Program-made: the position numbers and the translations under genes | Virus record (IMG/VR): IMGVR_UViG_3300032327_000953 | Span: 128,001 to 192,000 of that record | DNA length: 64,000 bases | Direction: 5' to 3' (one strand) | DNA from: a virus | Taxonomy: Duplodnaviria > Caudoviricetes | In this document: piece by piece, positions 31,508 through 41,655 of the stretch | How positions within the stretch are numbered: position 1 is the first letter of the stretch | How the letters are laid out: every line of letters begins with the position of its first letter | Notes under the pieces: model-generated | Databases searched by the model: none | What the model was told of the DNA's origin: nothing | Seen by the model: the letters and a program-made list of their open reading frames with translations, nothing else

Positions 31508-32842
31508 ATGCTAAAATTTTGGAAAACACAGGAGAAATTGGAAATGTCATTTGAGCATCTGAGCGGTTTTGTTAGTGATCTGAAAGCAACTAGTAGTACG
31601 ATTGACAAAGTTGGAATTATTGAGGACTATACCTCTTCCAATAAGGCTGGAGCAGATTTTATCAAAAAGATTCTACTTTATACATACCATCCTCTTTGGC
31701 AGTATAATGTGACTAGTGACAATCTTAAAAAGAAGTCCTCTCTTAGAGGCAAATCACACAAGACTATTTTTGATTTGTTGGATTCTTTGAAGAATAGGGA
31801 AGTTACGGGGCATGATGCTATCGGAGCAGTTAATACTTTCATCGACAATAATGGACACGAAGAACTGATTCACTGCATAATTGATAAAGATTTGAAAACC
31901 CGTGCTGGAGATAAGCTTATCAATAAGGCTATTCCAGATCATATTCCCACATTTAGCGTTGCTCTTGCCGATAAATATGTTTCTAAAATTGTAGACTGGA
32001 AGGATGGATGGTATGTTAGCAGGAAGATCGACGGTGCTAGATGCGTTGCTATTGTTGACAGTAATAGCAATGCTACCTTTTATTCCCGCACGGGAAAAAA
32101 CTTTGATACTCTTGATATTGTTAGCGGTGGCATTAAAGCTTTGGGACTTACTAATGTAGTTCTTGATGGAGAGCTTTGTCTTGTTGATGAAGATGGTAAT
32201 GAGGATTTTCAAGGAGTAATGAAAGAACTTCGTAAGAAAGATCATACTATTCCTAATCCTTCATATAAAATCTTTGATATGATTACTCATGATGAGTTTT
32301 ATAGTCAGAAGGGAGAAAAGAATAGACCATTCGGTATTAGACTCAAGAATCTTACAGAGATTATGAAGAAGAACGAATGTCCATGCTTGACACTTTTGGA
32401 ACAGTCTTTGATTAAGGACGAAAACCATTTTCAAGAATTTGTTAAAGAATCTACTCAAAATGGCTGGGAGGGATTGATGCTTCGTGCCGACACTCCATAT
32501 AAAGGAAAACGATCCAAAGACCTACTAAAGTATAAATCATTTTTTGATGACGAATATGAAGTTCTCGACACTGAAATGGGGCCATTCCGCTATGTTAAGA
32601 ATGGTGCAGAATGTGAGGAGACTATGTTGAGTTGTGTTATGATTCAACATAAGGGTCATACTGTCAGGGTGGGTTCTGGTTTTAGTATTGATCAAAGACA
32701 GGAGTTTTATAAGAACCCTAAGAAAATTCTTGGTAAGATCATTTTGGTACAATATTTCGAGGAGACAGAGAATGAAAAAGGTGGTATCTCTTTGAGGTTT
32801 CCAACATTCAAATATCTATATGGAGATTCTAGAGATACATAA
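31508..32842 (+). CDS. ATP-dependent DNA ligase
   Basis: Motif I RKIDGAR, LDGELC, YKIFD, WEGLMLR, LLKYK, OB-fold VGSGFS and SLRFP. Confidence 0.95.
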   Translation: MLKFWKTQEKLEMSFEHLSGFVSDLKATSSTIDKVGIIEDYTSSNKAGADFIKKILLYTYHPLWQYNVTSDNLKKKSSLRGKSHKTIFDLLDSLKNREVTGHDAIGAVNTFIDNNGHEELIHCIIDKDLKTRAGDKLINKAIPDHIPTFSVALADKYVSKIVDWKDGWYVSRKIDGARCVAIVDSNSNATFYSRTGKNFDTLDIVSGGIKALGLTNVVLDGELCLVDEDGNEDFQGVMKELRKKDHTIPNPSYKIFDMITHDEFYSQKGEKNRPFGIRLKNLTEIMKKNECPCLTLLEQSLIKDENHFQEFVKESTQNGWEGLMLRADTPYKGKRSKDLLKYKSFFDDEYEVLDTEMGPFRYVKNGAECEETMLSCVMIQHKGHTVRVGSGFSIDQRQEFYKNPKKILGKIILVQYFEETENEKGGISLRFPTFKYLYGDSRDT

Positions 32843-32906
32843 TCTTCTTCAAAAAACTGGGAATATTTTGGGACATTTGGTGTAACTATTAGTAGGAGAA
32901 AACCAA

Positions 32907-33527
32907 ATGAAAAAGAATAAAATCTGCTCTTCTTGTAAAATAGAACATAACGAATGGAAAAAAGGAACATGGTGCAAAAATTGTAATAAAAAATGTCAGC
33001 AAGAATGGTATAAAAAGAATAAAGTCGATGTACTAGATAGAGTTACTAATAATTACATTCAAAATAAAGACTCTAAGCTAGAATATGCCAAAAAATATAG
33101 AGAAGAAAATAAAGAGAAAGTACAAGAATACTTTGATAAGAATAAAAACAAAATATATAAGCAAAGAGCAAAGAGAGAAAAAGCAAGAAGAAAAGAGGAT
33201 GTCTCATTTAGAATAACACAAAACTTAAGATTTAGATTAAGAAACGCTATCAAAAAAAATCAAAAAATAACAACCACCATAGAATACATAGGATGTACAA
33301 TAGAAGAACTAAAGATTCATCTAGAATTAAGATTCATAAAAGGTATGACTTGGGAAAATTATGGGAAATGGCATATAGATCACATATTACCGTGTTCGTC
33401 ATTTGATATGTCCAAAGAATCAGAACAAAGAAAATGTTTTCACTATACAAATTTACAACCATTATGGGCGATAGATAATATGAAGAAAAGCAATAAGATT
33501 CTTCATGGAGAAGAAAGAGACATTTAA
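32907..33527 (+). CDS. HNH endonuclease (homing-endonuclease-like)
   Basis: WHIDHILP...CFHYTNLQPLWAIDNMKK; N-terminal CxxC/CxxC. Confidence 0.85.
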   Translation: MKKNKICSSCKIEHNEWKKGTWCKNCNKKCQQEWYKKNKVDVLDRVTNNYIQNKDSKLEYAKKYREENKEKVQEYFDKNKNKIYKQRAKREKARRKEDVSFRITQNLRFRLRNAIKKNQKITTTIEYIGCTIEELKIHLELRFIKGMTWENYGKWHIDHILPCSSFDMSKESEQRKCFHYTNLQPLWAIDNMKKSNKILHGEERDI

Positions 33528-34022
33528 CTATGGTGTATGGTATAGTCCCGCCTTAAAGGAGCCTACCATGCACAAAATAGTTATTAGGTCAATTTTTTAT
33601 CACTGGCTATTTTTATTTGTCGGTGTTGCTATAGGATTTATCTGCAACTCAGAATATGTTGGAGAAAAAGCTGTTATTATAGAAAGATCAATCAAAAATA
33701 TCTTTTTCCCTTTGGAATATAATGAGGATATAGAAAACTATATTAAGTGGATGGGTAGAAATAGAATACATTCTGAGTTAGGATATCCTCATGATTTTCA
33801 AATTCTTGAAGATGTTGTTAAGGGAGACGAATATTATTGGGCTATAGCTAAATATACCGATGTAAAAACGGGCAAAGAAATTAAAACTATAGTTAGTACA
33901 AGAGTAAGATGGAAACCTTGGGAATATGGTTATCATACTAAACAATTTGGAAAAATTGTTAAAGAAAAAGAAGAAGCAAATTTGCACAGCAAGGTCGATA
34001 AAGAAAACTAAAGAAGCGTGGC

Positions 34023-34051
34023 TTGACAAGACGATAAGACTAGTGTAGAAT
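34023..34051 (+). promoter_or_regulatory. sigma70-type promoter with GACGATA in the spacer
   Basis: TTGACA(34023-34028)-17 bp-TAGAAT(34046-34051). Confidence 0.8.
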
Positions 34052-34064
34052 CGCAACATACACT

Positions 34065-34787
34065 TTGGAACCAAACTTTGAGGACAAGATGACAGAGCAA
34101 GTTATTGAGAAAAAGCCGATTGTTATGAGTACGAGCAAGGCCGACGAGTTTTTTAAGAATTTCCCCAAGGATAAAGTAGTTGCTTATAAAGACTATTGGG
34201 AAAGCGTTCGCCCCAAGACTGACGAAGATATTTTTCGTCGATATCTTTTTGCGTACTGTTCAGTCCATACCACTTGGCAGGGCAACGTAAAGGGATACAA
34301 TGCTATCAAGAATTTTAATGAATGGATAGACAGTAAAGAAATTCTTTTGACAAAACTTCACAAGAGCGGCGTTGGTCTACACAATAATCGCACCAACTAT
34401 ATCTGGGATTTCAGCACCAAGTTTTGGGCTAATCCTAAAGATTTTTATCTTACTACCAAAAAGTATCATGTTAAAAAGCGTGACAGTATTCTGAATAAGA
34501 TTAGCGGAATTGGCCTAGCTAAAATTAGCTTTGCATTGGAGATGGTTCATCCTAATGAGGCTAGAGTATTGTGTGGAGACATTCATCAGCTTCGACTTTA
34601 CGATGTAGAGGCTTTGAAATATAATAAGAGTAAGTCTGGTTCCGAAATCTATAAAAAGATGGAGAGGCACTGGATAGTTAATTGTGGAAAACTTAAAGTT
34701 CCTTCTTATGTTGCACGATCTATCTATTGGGATGATCTTCAAAAGAAGGAAGATAGTCGCTACTGGAGTTATGTTCTGGAGAGTTAA
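34065..34787 (+). CDS. HhH-type DNA glycosylase/AP lyase-like protein (Ogg-like)
   Basis: ISGIGLAKIS (HhH with Lys) and GDIHQLR; start probably ATG 34089. Confidence 0.6.
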   Translation: MEPNFEDKMTEQVIEKKPIVMSTSKADEFFKNFPKDKVVAYKDYWESVRPKTDEDIFRRYLFAYCSVHTTWQGNVKGYNAIKNFNEWIDSKEILLTKLHKSGVGLHNNRTNYIWDFSTKFWANPKDFYLTTKKYHVKKRDSILNKISGIGLAKISFALEMVHPNEARVLCGDIHQLRLYDVEALKYNKSKSGSEIYKKMERHWIVNCGKLKVPSYVARSIYWDDLQKKEDSRYWSYVLES

Positions 34788-35427
34788 TTATGCAGAATGG
34801 TAAAGGTTCTAAAAGACGACCAAGTGTAGTATCTCAAGAAACTTGGTCAAAAAATTACGATAAAATCTTTAGAAAGAACAAAGATGGGAAGCGTAACGAA
34901 TCTAAAAGAAAATAAAACACTGTTCATTCCTTGCTCTTGTAAGAGTGAAATTTTGGTTATCGAATATGATCACGACATAGATATGGCTGACTTGGCAATA
35001 TTTGAGCATTATACAAATTATGGCAATAAGATGTCATTATGGCAGTGTTTAAGATATTGTTATCAAGTTTTAGTCAATAAAAAGCCCTACTCTGATCAAA
35101 TGGTCTTGGATAAGAAACAACTCAAAGATTTACAAAAATTCTTGAACGGGCTTACCATGTAAGGTGTATTATAACCTTAGCTGCTACACCATATCATAAT
35201 CAAGGAGACTCAAAATGGTGATCATTAAGCACGTTAATGAATATCTTGCCGATCAATTATCTGAAAGAGTTTCTCATTTACAAGATGCTCTAAATCAAGC
35301 AGAAAAAATAATTCAAACTCTTGATGAAGAAAATAATAGATTAAAAGATCTTCTTATGAGTTTATCTTCAACCGAAAGCTCTGGCTATATTATTGATAGC
35401 GAAGCTTTTGAGACTCAGTTATGTTAA

Positions 35428-35910
35428 ATGAATAACCAAACTAGGTATGTAATTTGTTTTGTATTATTACTGGTACTTTATTACCACCACAATAATAAAC
35501 AGCAAAAAATCATACCAGAGGTAGTAAAACCAGTTCCTTCTGTTGTTATTCCAGAAATTATTCCAGATGTTCCTAAACCAAAACCAGTGGTTCCATCTGA
35601 TATCATCATAGACAATTATGAGTTAGCTATATCTTGTGGTAAAAAACTAGATAAGCCAATTCTTTTGGTCTTTACTGCTGACTGGTGTGGATATTGTCGA
35701 TCTCTTAAAAGAGAATTGAAGTCAATAATTCCTAATCATAAATATGTTGTCTGTTTTTTAGATATAGATAATGAACTAAATGAAAAATTAGTTAATCAAT
35801 TTAATATTAAGTCTTTACCCACATCTATTATAATGGATCAAAAACAAAATAAAGAAATAAAGAGGCAAACTGGTTTCCTCAAGGAATCATATAAATCATG
35901 GCTTAGGTGA
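35428..35910 (+). CDS. membrane-anchored thioredoxin-fold protein
   Basis: FTADWCGYC active site, SLPT cis-Pro loop, N-terminal TM helix and Pro-rich linker. Confidence 0.85.
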   Translation: MNNQTRYVICFVLLLVLYYHHNNKQQKIIPEVVKPVPSVVIPEIIPDVPKPKPVVPSDIIIDNYELAISCGKKLDKPILLVFTADWCGYCRSLKRELKSIIPNHKYVVCFLDIDNELNEKLVNQFNIKSLPTSIIMDQKQNKEIKRQTGFLKESYKSWLR

Positions 35911-36779
35911 TTATTATGTTAAGACTATCTCAAATCATACTAATGATTTTTATTGCACTGTATGGGATGAATCCTAATTTTGCAGAAGATACATTGACTC
36001 ATCTTAACTATAAAGCCAGATTTGTTAAACTTAAAGATAATCATAGAGTTAGAACATACGGATTAAGCTTTATTAAAATTCCAAAGTATAGAGATATAGA
36101 AGATCGTGGGATAATTTATCAAGATGTTCTTAGTTATTCTAAACAAAAACCTTTTGGTGATGAATCTGGAAGAAATATCAATGTACATGAAACTGTGCAT
36201 GGTATTCACTCTGATGTTAGAAACGAATATGAGAAGAAATTGGGATACAAGCTAAATGCTTTATACTGTTTAGATGGAAATGTTATCTTGCTCAAAGAAC
36301 CAAATATAACCATAAGACATGTTATAAAATATGTTCCAGAAGAATTACGATCCTATAGATGGAATTTATACTTTGTACAGCAATTATCAAATTGGGATGA
36401 TCAACCAACATATATTTTAGATGAGTGGATAGCCTATATATTAGGATCTAAATGTGCAGTAAATGATCATGAGCTAGGTATAAATACACACAAGTCTGAT
36501 GCAATATCTGGGTGCTTAGACTTTAGTATATACGCGATAGCTTTTGCAATGGCTGTTAAAGAGCATGATCCAAATTACTGGAAAAATCATCCTGAATTTA
36601 AAGAAACTATAAAATATCATCTAATTCAAGCAGAAAAAACTATTGGGGCTGGGTTAGATATTTCAGAATTCAATAGTGAGAAACAAGATATTCTGTATAA
36701 TAATTTACTTCATCATGTAAATGGCGAAGATATTAGAGAATTTTTATTTGATGAGTTTGAAGGAATTTTCGTAGATTGA
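35907..36779 (+). CDS. secreted hypothetical protein with HExxH motif
   Basis: Signal-like N-terminus, NVHETVHGIH, LDEW. Confidence 0.5.
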   Translation: MIIMLRLSQIILMIFIALYGMNPNFAEDTLTHLNYKARFVKLKDNHRVRTYGLSFIKIPKYRDIEDRGIIYQDVLSYSKQKPFGDESGRNINVHETVHGIHSDVRNEYEKKLGYKLNALYCLDGNVILLKEPNITIRHVIKYVPEELRSYRWNLYFVQQLSNWDDQPTYILDEWIAYILGSKCAVNDHELGINTHKSDAISGCLDFSIYAIAFAMAVKEHDPNYWKNHPEFKETIKYHLIQAEKTIGAGLDISEFNSEKQDILYNNLLHHVNGEDIREFLFDEFEGIFVD

Positions 36780-36804
36780 CAAGTCAAACAGGGTGTGGTA
36801 CAAT
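36776..36804 (+). promoter_or_regulatory. sigma70-type promoter
   Basis: TTGACA(36776-36781)-17 bp-TACAAT(36799-36804). Confidence 0.7.
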
Positions 36805-36937
36805 AAGTATATTTCCCACAAGCAATGAGGATATAACATGATCCAAGAACTAGTTCCAGTTATGGGGTATTATCAAGCAATGTTACTAGCTGGCTATACT
36901 AGCTATCAAATTCAAGAAATAATGAAAGGGTCAACTT

Positions 36938-37123
36938 ATGAATCAATTTCACAAGAGTAATAAGAATAGGGTTTTCTTTGGTGTTTGTGGGGGTCTTGCT
37001 GAAAGTCTAGGATTAGATGTTTCTGTAGTCAGACTAGGATTTGTTGCTGGTGCAATTTTTACTGGTAGTATTCTTTTCTGGGCATATTTACTGATGGCTC
37101 TGGTTCTTCCAACAGAGGATTAA
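36938..37123 (+). CDS. pspC: PspC domain protein
   Basis: NRVFFGVCGGLAESLGLDVSVVRL...AYLLMALVLP. Confidence 0.9.
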   Translation: MNQFHKSNKNRVFFGVCGGLAESLGLDVSVVRLGFVAGAIFTGSILFWAYLLMALVLPTED

Positions 37124-37127
37124 TAAG

Positions 37128-37745
37128 ATGGATACGATAGTTGGTCAGAAAGTATTCTTTACTGCTGATCTTCACCTTGGACATAGAAATATCATAGGAT
37201 ATTGTAATCGTCCTTTTTCTAGTGGTGGAGAAATGGATGCTAAAATTATTTCTTCTATAAACGAAACTGTTGGACAAAACGATATTCTTTATATTATAGG
37301 AGATTTCTGCCATAAGGGTGGAACTGCTCTATCTTATAGAGAAAGAATAGTTTGTGAGAATGTTCATATTATTCTTGGTAATCATGATGAGCCAACCAAA
37401 TTCACTAGTGGATTTTCTAGTGTCTCTGATCAGAAAATGATTCTGTATATTAATCAAAAAATATTTATGTGCCATTATCCTATGAGAAGTTGGTCTGGTA
37501 GCTATAGAAAAAGCTGGATGCTATATGGTCATGTTCATGGTAGACTTCATCGTGAGGACGTTGCTTCTGGAACGCTCACGCTTGATGTAGGCGTGGATAA
37601 TAAAAGAGATGGGGTAGAGTTTGGTACTCCTTGGAGTTTTAAAGACGTTCAACAACAATTTCTGGCGAGAACGAAAAAAATTTCAAGGTCGCCCATTGAC
37701 AATGACGATACTCTGTTGTACAATCGAAGGAACAACGCGAGGTAA
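37128..37745 (+). CDS. calcineurin-like metallophosphoesterase
   Basis: TADLHLGH, IGDF, LGNHD, CHYP, YGHVHG, DVGVD. Confidence 0.9.
   Translation: MDTIVGQKVFFTADLHLGHRNIIGYCNRPFSSGGEMDAKIISSINETVGQNDILYIIGDFCHKGGTALSYRERIVCENVHIILGNHDEPTKFTSGFSSVSDQKMILYINQKIFMCHYPMRSWSGSYRKSWMLYGHVHGRLHREDVASGTLTLDVGVDNKRDGVEFGTPWSFKDVQQQFLARTKKISRSPIDNDDTLLYNRRNNAR
37696..37724 (+). promoter_or_regulatory. sigma70-type promoter with GACGATA in the spacer
   Basis: TTGACA(37696-37701)-17 bp-TACAAT(37719-37724). Confidence 0.75.
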
Positions 37746-37804
37746 GATCAGTCGCCTGACTGAGCCTCATGTTGAAAGATTGGTTAAGAATTTGGAGGTT
37801 GATT

Positions 37805-38089
37805 ATGGCTGAAGTTACTACTACTGATAAGCAGAGTCGTGTTCGTTGTGATGATGATACTTTTCTTGAGGCAGTTTTTTCCAGCAAGACTTATGCTGAG
37901 ATTGCTGTAAAGACTGGTCAGAAGGTTGCTAGTACGATGGCTCGTTATGCTCGTACAAAGGCTGCTCTTGCTAAGAAGGGTATTGACCTTCCTGCGATGG
38001 AACGAGCAAAGCCTGTTAAGACTGTGGATAATGTCGAAGCTATGGCTGAGACTGTTCGCCGCCTAAAGGCTGCTCATTCTAACGGCTGA
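37805..38089 (+). CDS. small basic protein, possible HTH DNA-binding protein
   Basis: TYAEIAVKTG helix pattern; GGAGG RBS before ATG 37805. Confidence 0.5.
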   Translation: MAEVTTTDKQSRVRCDDDTFLEAVFSSKTYAEIAVKTGQKVASTMARYARTKAALAKKGIDLPAMERAKPVKTVDNVEAMAETVRRLKAAHSNG

Positions 38090-38196
38090 GTTTTAGTGTA
38101 AACCAAATGCTTCCAACTACATCCCTCATAAAAATTAGTAGAGACACATAGACAAACATCTAACTAATTGTTATGATATGTAGCTTGGAGGTATAC

Positions 38197-38471
38197 GGGA
38201 GCGTAATCCAATGGCAGAGATAAAGGACTTATACAATTTGAGTGCGTAAAGAGAAATCTTTAATGTAGAACCTGTCAAATTCGGTGGAGGCTTAACTGCT
38301 AATACCGAGCCAAGCTTAATAGAAATATTATGAAGGTGTAGAGACTTGACGGCAGGAACCTAAAACGAAAGTTATGGTTAAGATAAAGTCCAGACCACAA
38401 ACAGAAATGGTAGTGAAAACTATAGTGGTAAGAAAATCCTTCAAGTGTGGGTTCGAGTCCCACCGCTCCTA
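38197..38471 (+). tRNA. tRNA-Leu(TAA) interrupted by a group I intron (exons 38197-38230 and 38433-38471)
   Basis: Spliced: GGGAGCG..AAGGA-CTT|AAAA-TCCTT-CAAGT-GTGGG-TTCGAGT-CCCAC-CGCTCCT-A. Confidence 0.9.
38231..38432 (+). mobile_element. group I self-splicing intron (IC3-like), 202 nt, no ORF
   Basis: P1 ACTT/GAGT with U.G at the 5' splice site; P CAAATTCGGTGGA, Q AATACCGAGCCAAG, R GTAGAGACTTGACGG, S AAGATAAAGTCCAG; terminal G. Confidence 0.9.
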
Positions 38472-38924
38472 CTTATTTTTTCCACGATAATTATCGGTTA
38501 AGGCATGACAGTTTGGGCAAAGTAAAATTAGATTAGTTAACTCATTATTATAATGATCTCCGTCAATATGATGGAGTTCTAGAGGTATAGAGTGATTTAA
38601 CCATTTGGTTTGTTTGCATTTAGAACACTTATGTTCAAAAACATTCTCAGATAATAATCTTTTCTTTAGCCTAAAACTCTGAACAACAGAATTCTTAGTG
38701 AGATAAAAATGGACAGGTTTTTTAGGGCCAGTAATTTTTCCTTTATTCCAAGACTGACCGCCGAAATGAGAAGTATCAATACTATATTTAGATATTCTTC
38801 TTTTAACTGTTTGATAATTACCTCCCGCTGGAACAATACCAAGTTTATCTAATACTTGTCTAATTGAACGAGAATTTTGAACAGCATTTTTGAGATCATC
38901 GACCGAATATTTATGTCTTTCCAT
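38469..38924 (-). CDS. free-standing HNH endonuclease
   Basis: CSKC...LELHHIDGDHYNNELTNLILLCPNCH; stop codon overlaps the tRNA-Leu 3' end. Confidence 0.9.
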   Translation of the reverse strand: MERHKYSVDDLKNAVQNSRSIRQVLDKLGIVPAGGNYQTVKRRISKYSIDTSHFGGQSWNKGKITGPKKPVHFYLTKNSVVQSFRLKKRLLSENVFEHKCSKCKQTKWLNHSIPLELHHIDGDHYNNELTNLILLCPNCHALTDNYRGKNK

Positions 38925-40153
38925 AGTTGACTCCTTGATAGGTATAGGCTATGATAGTAGTACACCAAAGCGTTTGCAGGATATAAAATCTTATGACATT
39001 CGACCACTGGATAAATGAAGTTGAAGGATATAGCGTTAGGCACGAAAGAGCTATAAGCGACATAAGAAATTGTGTTGCAAAAGGTAAAACTGACGATATA
39101 ATCAAGTGGTTGATGGCAGCTTATGCTATGGGCCATGAACAAGGTTATGATACTGGACATTATGATGGTAAGAAAGATTGCAAAGAACATTTTGATGAAT
39201 ATGGATGGGTATAATTATGAAAATCCACAACAAAACACACATTACTTTAACTCTTGATGATATTGAAAAAGCTATTGAAAGATATATTGACAGCGAGATT
39301 ATTGAAGCACCCAATGGTTTAGATATCAAGTTTATAGTTCATGATGTTTACCAGAAAGATAGTTTAACCGGATATTACAAGTCTGAATTTGTTGGTGCTG
39401 AAGTTACAATAAAGGACGATGTTTGATTGAAGAATATGAGAATTGGGAAGATGGTATAAGAAGGACATTTATAGAATTAGCAACTTATATGGAAAAAAAT
39501 GCAGATCCTATTGATTATTTGATCGAATTTGCTTGGGCAAATGGTGCTGATCGTTTTGTGGTAAATAATGCCAAAGACGAACTAAAGAAACTAAAAGACA
39601 AAAATAAAGAACTGGCTCTTGAGGCTTTTAAAGCTAATGAATTTGCACTAGCAGAAACTAATCGTTGGCTTAGTTGTGAAAAAGAAATAGCACAATTTAA
39701 AAAAGCTATGTCCAATCCTGTTGCTTGGGCTAGGATTAATGATCGTGGAGATTTGTTTGATCTTAGACTTCAAAACAATCCTTATATTGATCAGGATACT
39801 GTGGTTCCCCTATATAGGAAATAAAATGAGACCAAGAGGAAATAGATTATGTCGAGCAGAAGTTAAGAATCATAATCCTAAATCTCCGATAGATACCTTC
39901 GTTCTTGTTACAGTAAGAGAATTTAATGATGATGAGGGCGGCACATACATAGACGAGATCAATACTGCTGCTCAATTTCTAGCAACTGAGAGCGAGGCTT
40001 ATGATGAGCCGTTCTATCAGATTTATGGTAAGAGATATATGGATGATATAATGTCTGGCCCGATGTTTCTTGGAGAGTTTTACGATCTAGACAAGGCTCT
40101 TAATTTTCTTTACTATTTAACTGGCGAAGAAGCACAAGTTATTTCTTATTGAT

Positions 40154-40678
40154 ATGATAAATACTAAATATAAGATTGATCTACACTCATATAGTGATCA
40201 AGGAGGATATTGTACATTTTATTGTATCCTCAACAATAAAAACTTAGCATTTAAGGAATTTATCTCTAAATCTAGGGCTGAATATGCTAGGAAAGTTCAG
40301 CTTAAATTAAGCAGGCATAATCTTGCACCAAAAGTATATTCTAAACTATGCAAGATCAAATATGATATATTGTTTCCCGGCCAAAAAAGTGGTTGGGGAT
40401 ATATCACAGAGATAGCTAAAACGATAGATAAAAACTCTATACCATTAACTAGAATACAAAAATTGGTTGATGAGATTTACATAAAAACTAAACTTAAATT
40501 TTGGGATTGTCATTGGGAAAATATTGGTTATATTAGAATAGAAGGTAAAAAGAAATTGGTATGTATTGATACTGGTAAAGAAACTTGGGAGGGACACTCT
40601 AATTATTTTGGAAATACTGACCCTGGCCCAAAATGCTCTTATTGTTTAAAATACAAATGTAAATGTACTGGAGAATAA
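40154..40678 (+). CDS. minimal protein-kinase-like fold protein
   Basis: G.GGY P-loop, LAFKEF, LAPKVY, DCHWEN catalytic-like loop, CIDTG (DFG-like). Confidence 0.6.
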   Translation: MINTKYKIDLHSYSDQGGYCTFYCILNNKNLAFKEFISKSRAEYARKVQLKLSRHNLAPKVYSKLCKIKYDILFPGQKSGWGYITEIAKTIDKNSIPLTRIQKLVDEIYIKTKLKFWDCHWENIGYIRIEGKKKLVCIDTGKETWEGHSNYFGNTDPGPKCSYCLKYKCKCTGE

Positions 40679-41586
40679 ATGCCATATATTAAAGAAGATC
40701 GTAGAAAGTCTTTGGATTCAAATATTAATCTATTAGCAATGGCTATAAAATTAAATGCTAATGATAATATTAAACCATACGATGAGGAAGGCTCTAAATT
40801 AACTAATGAACAATTTCTAGAAATTGCTGGAGATATAAATTACTCTGTTTCTAGGTTAATTTCTCGTGTAATGGGAGATGTTAGTTATGGTAAAATTGCT
40901 ATCATTACTGGTGTATTAGAAAATATTAATCAAGAGTTTTATCGTAGGATGGCTAGTCCATACGAAAATAAAAAGATTCTTGAAAATGGAGATATTAAAG
41001 AGTATAAATAAACCTAATAAGGTGAATAGTATGTCAAGAGATATTGAAAATATTACAAGAGAAATCATCAAGGCAAATAAAGAAATTCACCAAATAGAAG
41101 ATAAATTCTCCAAGGATATTAACGATATAAAAAAATTACTAAAAAATCTAGACAAAAAGGTAGAACTTGTACTAAATAAAATTCAAGAGTTTGAAGTAAT
41201 AATGGATGCTGCTGAACTTATTGAAGAACAAATGGAAGAGGAAGAAGATAAATACAATACTGAATGGAGTCCTTATGAGGATGAGGATTTTGATGGAGAA
41301 GCATATGAAAATTACAATGATGACGAAGATGATGAATAATGGCTAGTTTAGCTGTTCTAGTTTCAATTATCTTTTTGTCTGTAATAATTATTGGCCCAAT
41401 TAGTTATATTCTCTCATTATTTTCTTGGATGCCAAAAATTATCAAATGGATAATGGCAATAGTTTGTATTTTTGTTGGGGGATGGGTTTGTTTTCTTCCT
41501 ATCCCCTTTTTAAGAGCTTTGGGATTAATTGACGTAGGAATAGGTTTAAAGATCATATCGGATAGCACACAAAAGAAAAGTGATGC

Positions 41587-41615
41587 TTGACAAGACCGTT
41601 TGCCGATGATATACT
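41587..41615 (+). promoter_or_regulatory. sigma70-type promoter with GCCGAT in the spacer
   Basis: TTGACA(41587-41592)-17 bp-TATACT(41610-41615). Confidence 0.75.
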
Positions 41616-41655
41616 TGAGCCATCACAGGAACGATAACATTTTTGGAGAAATAAG

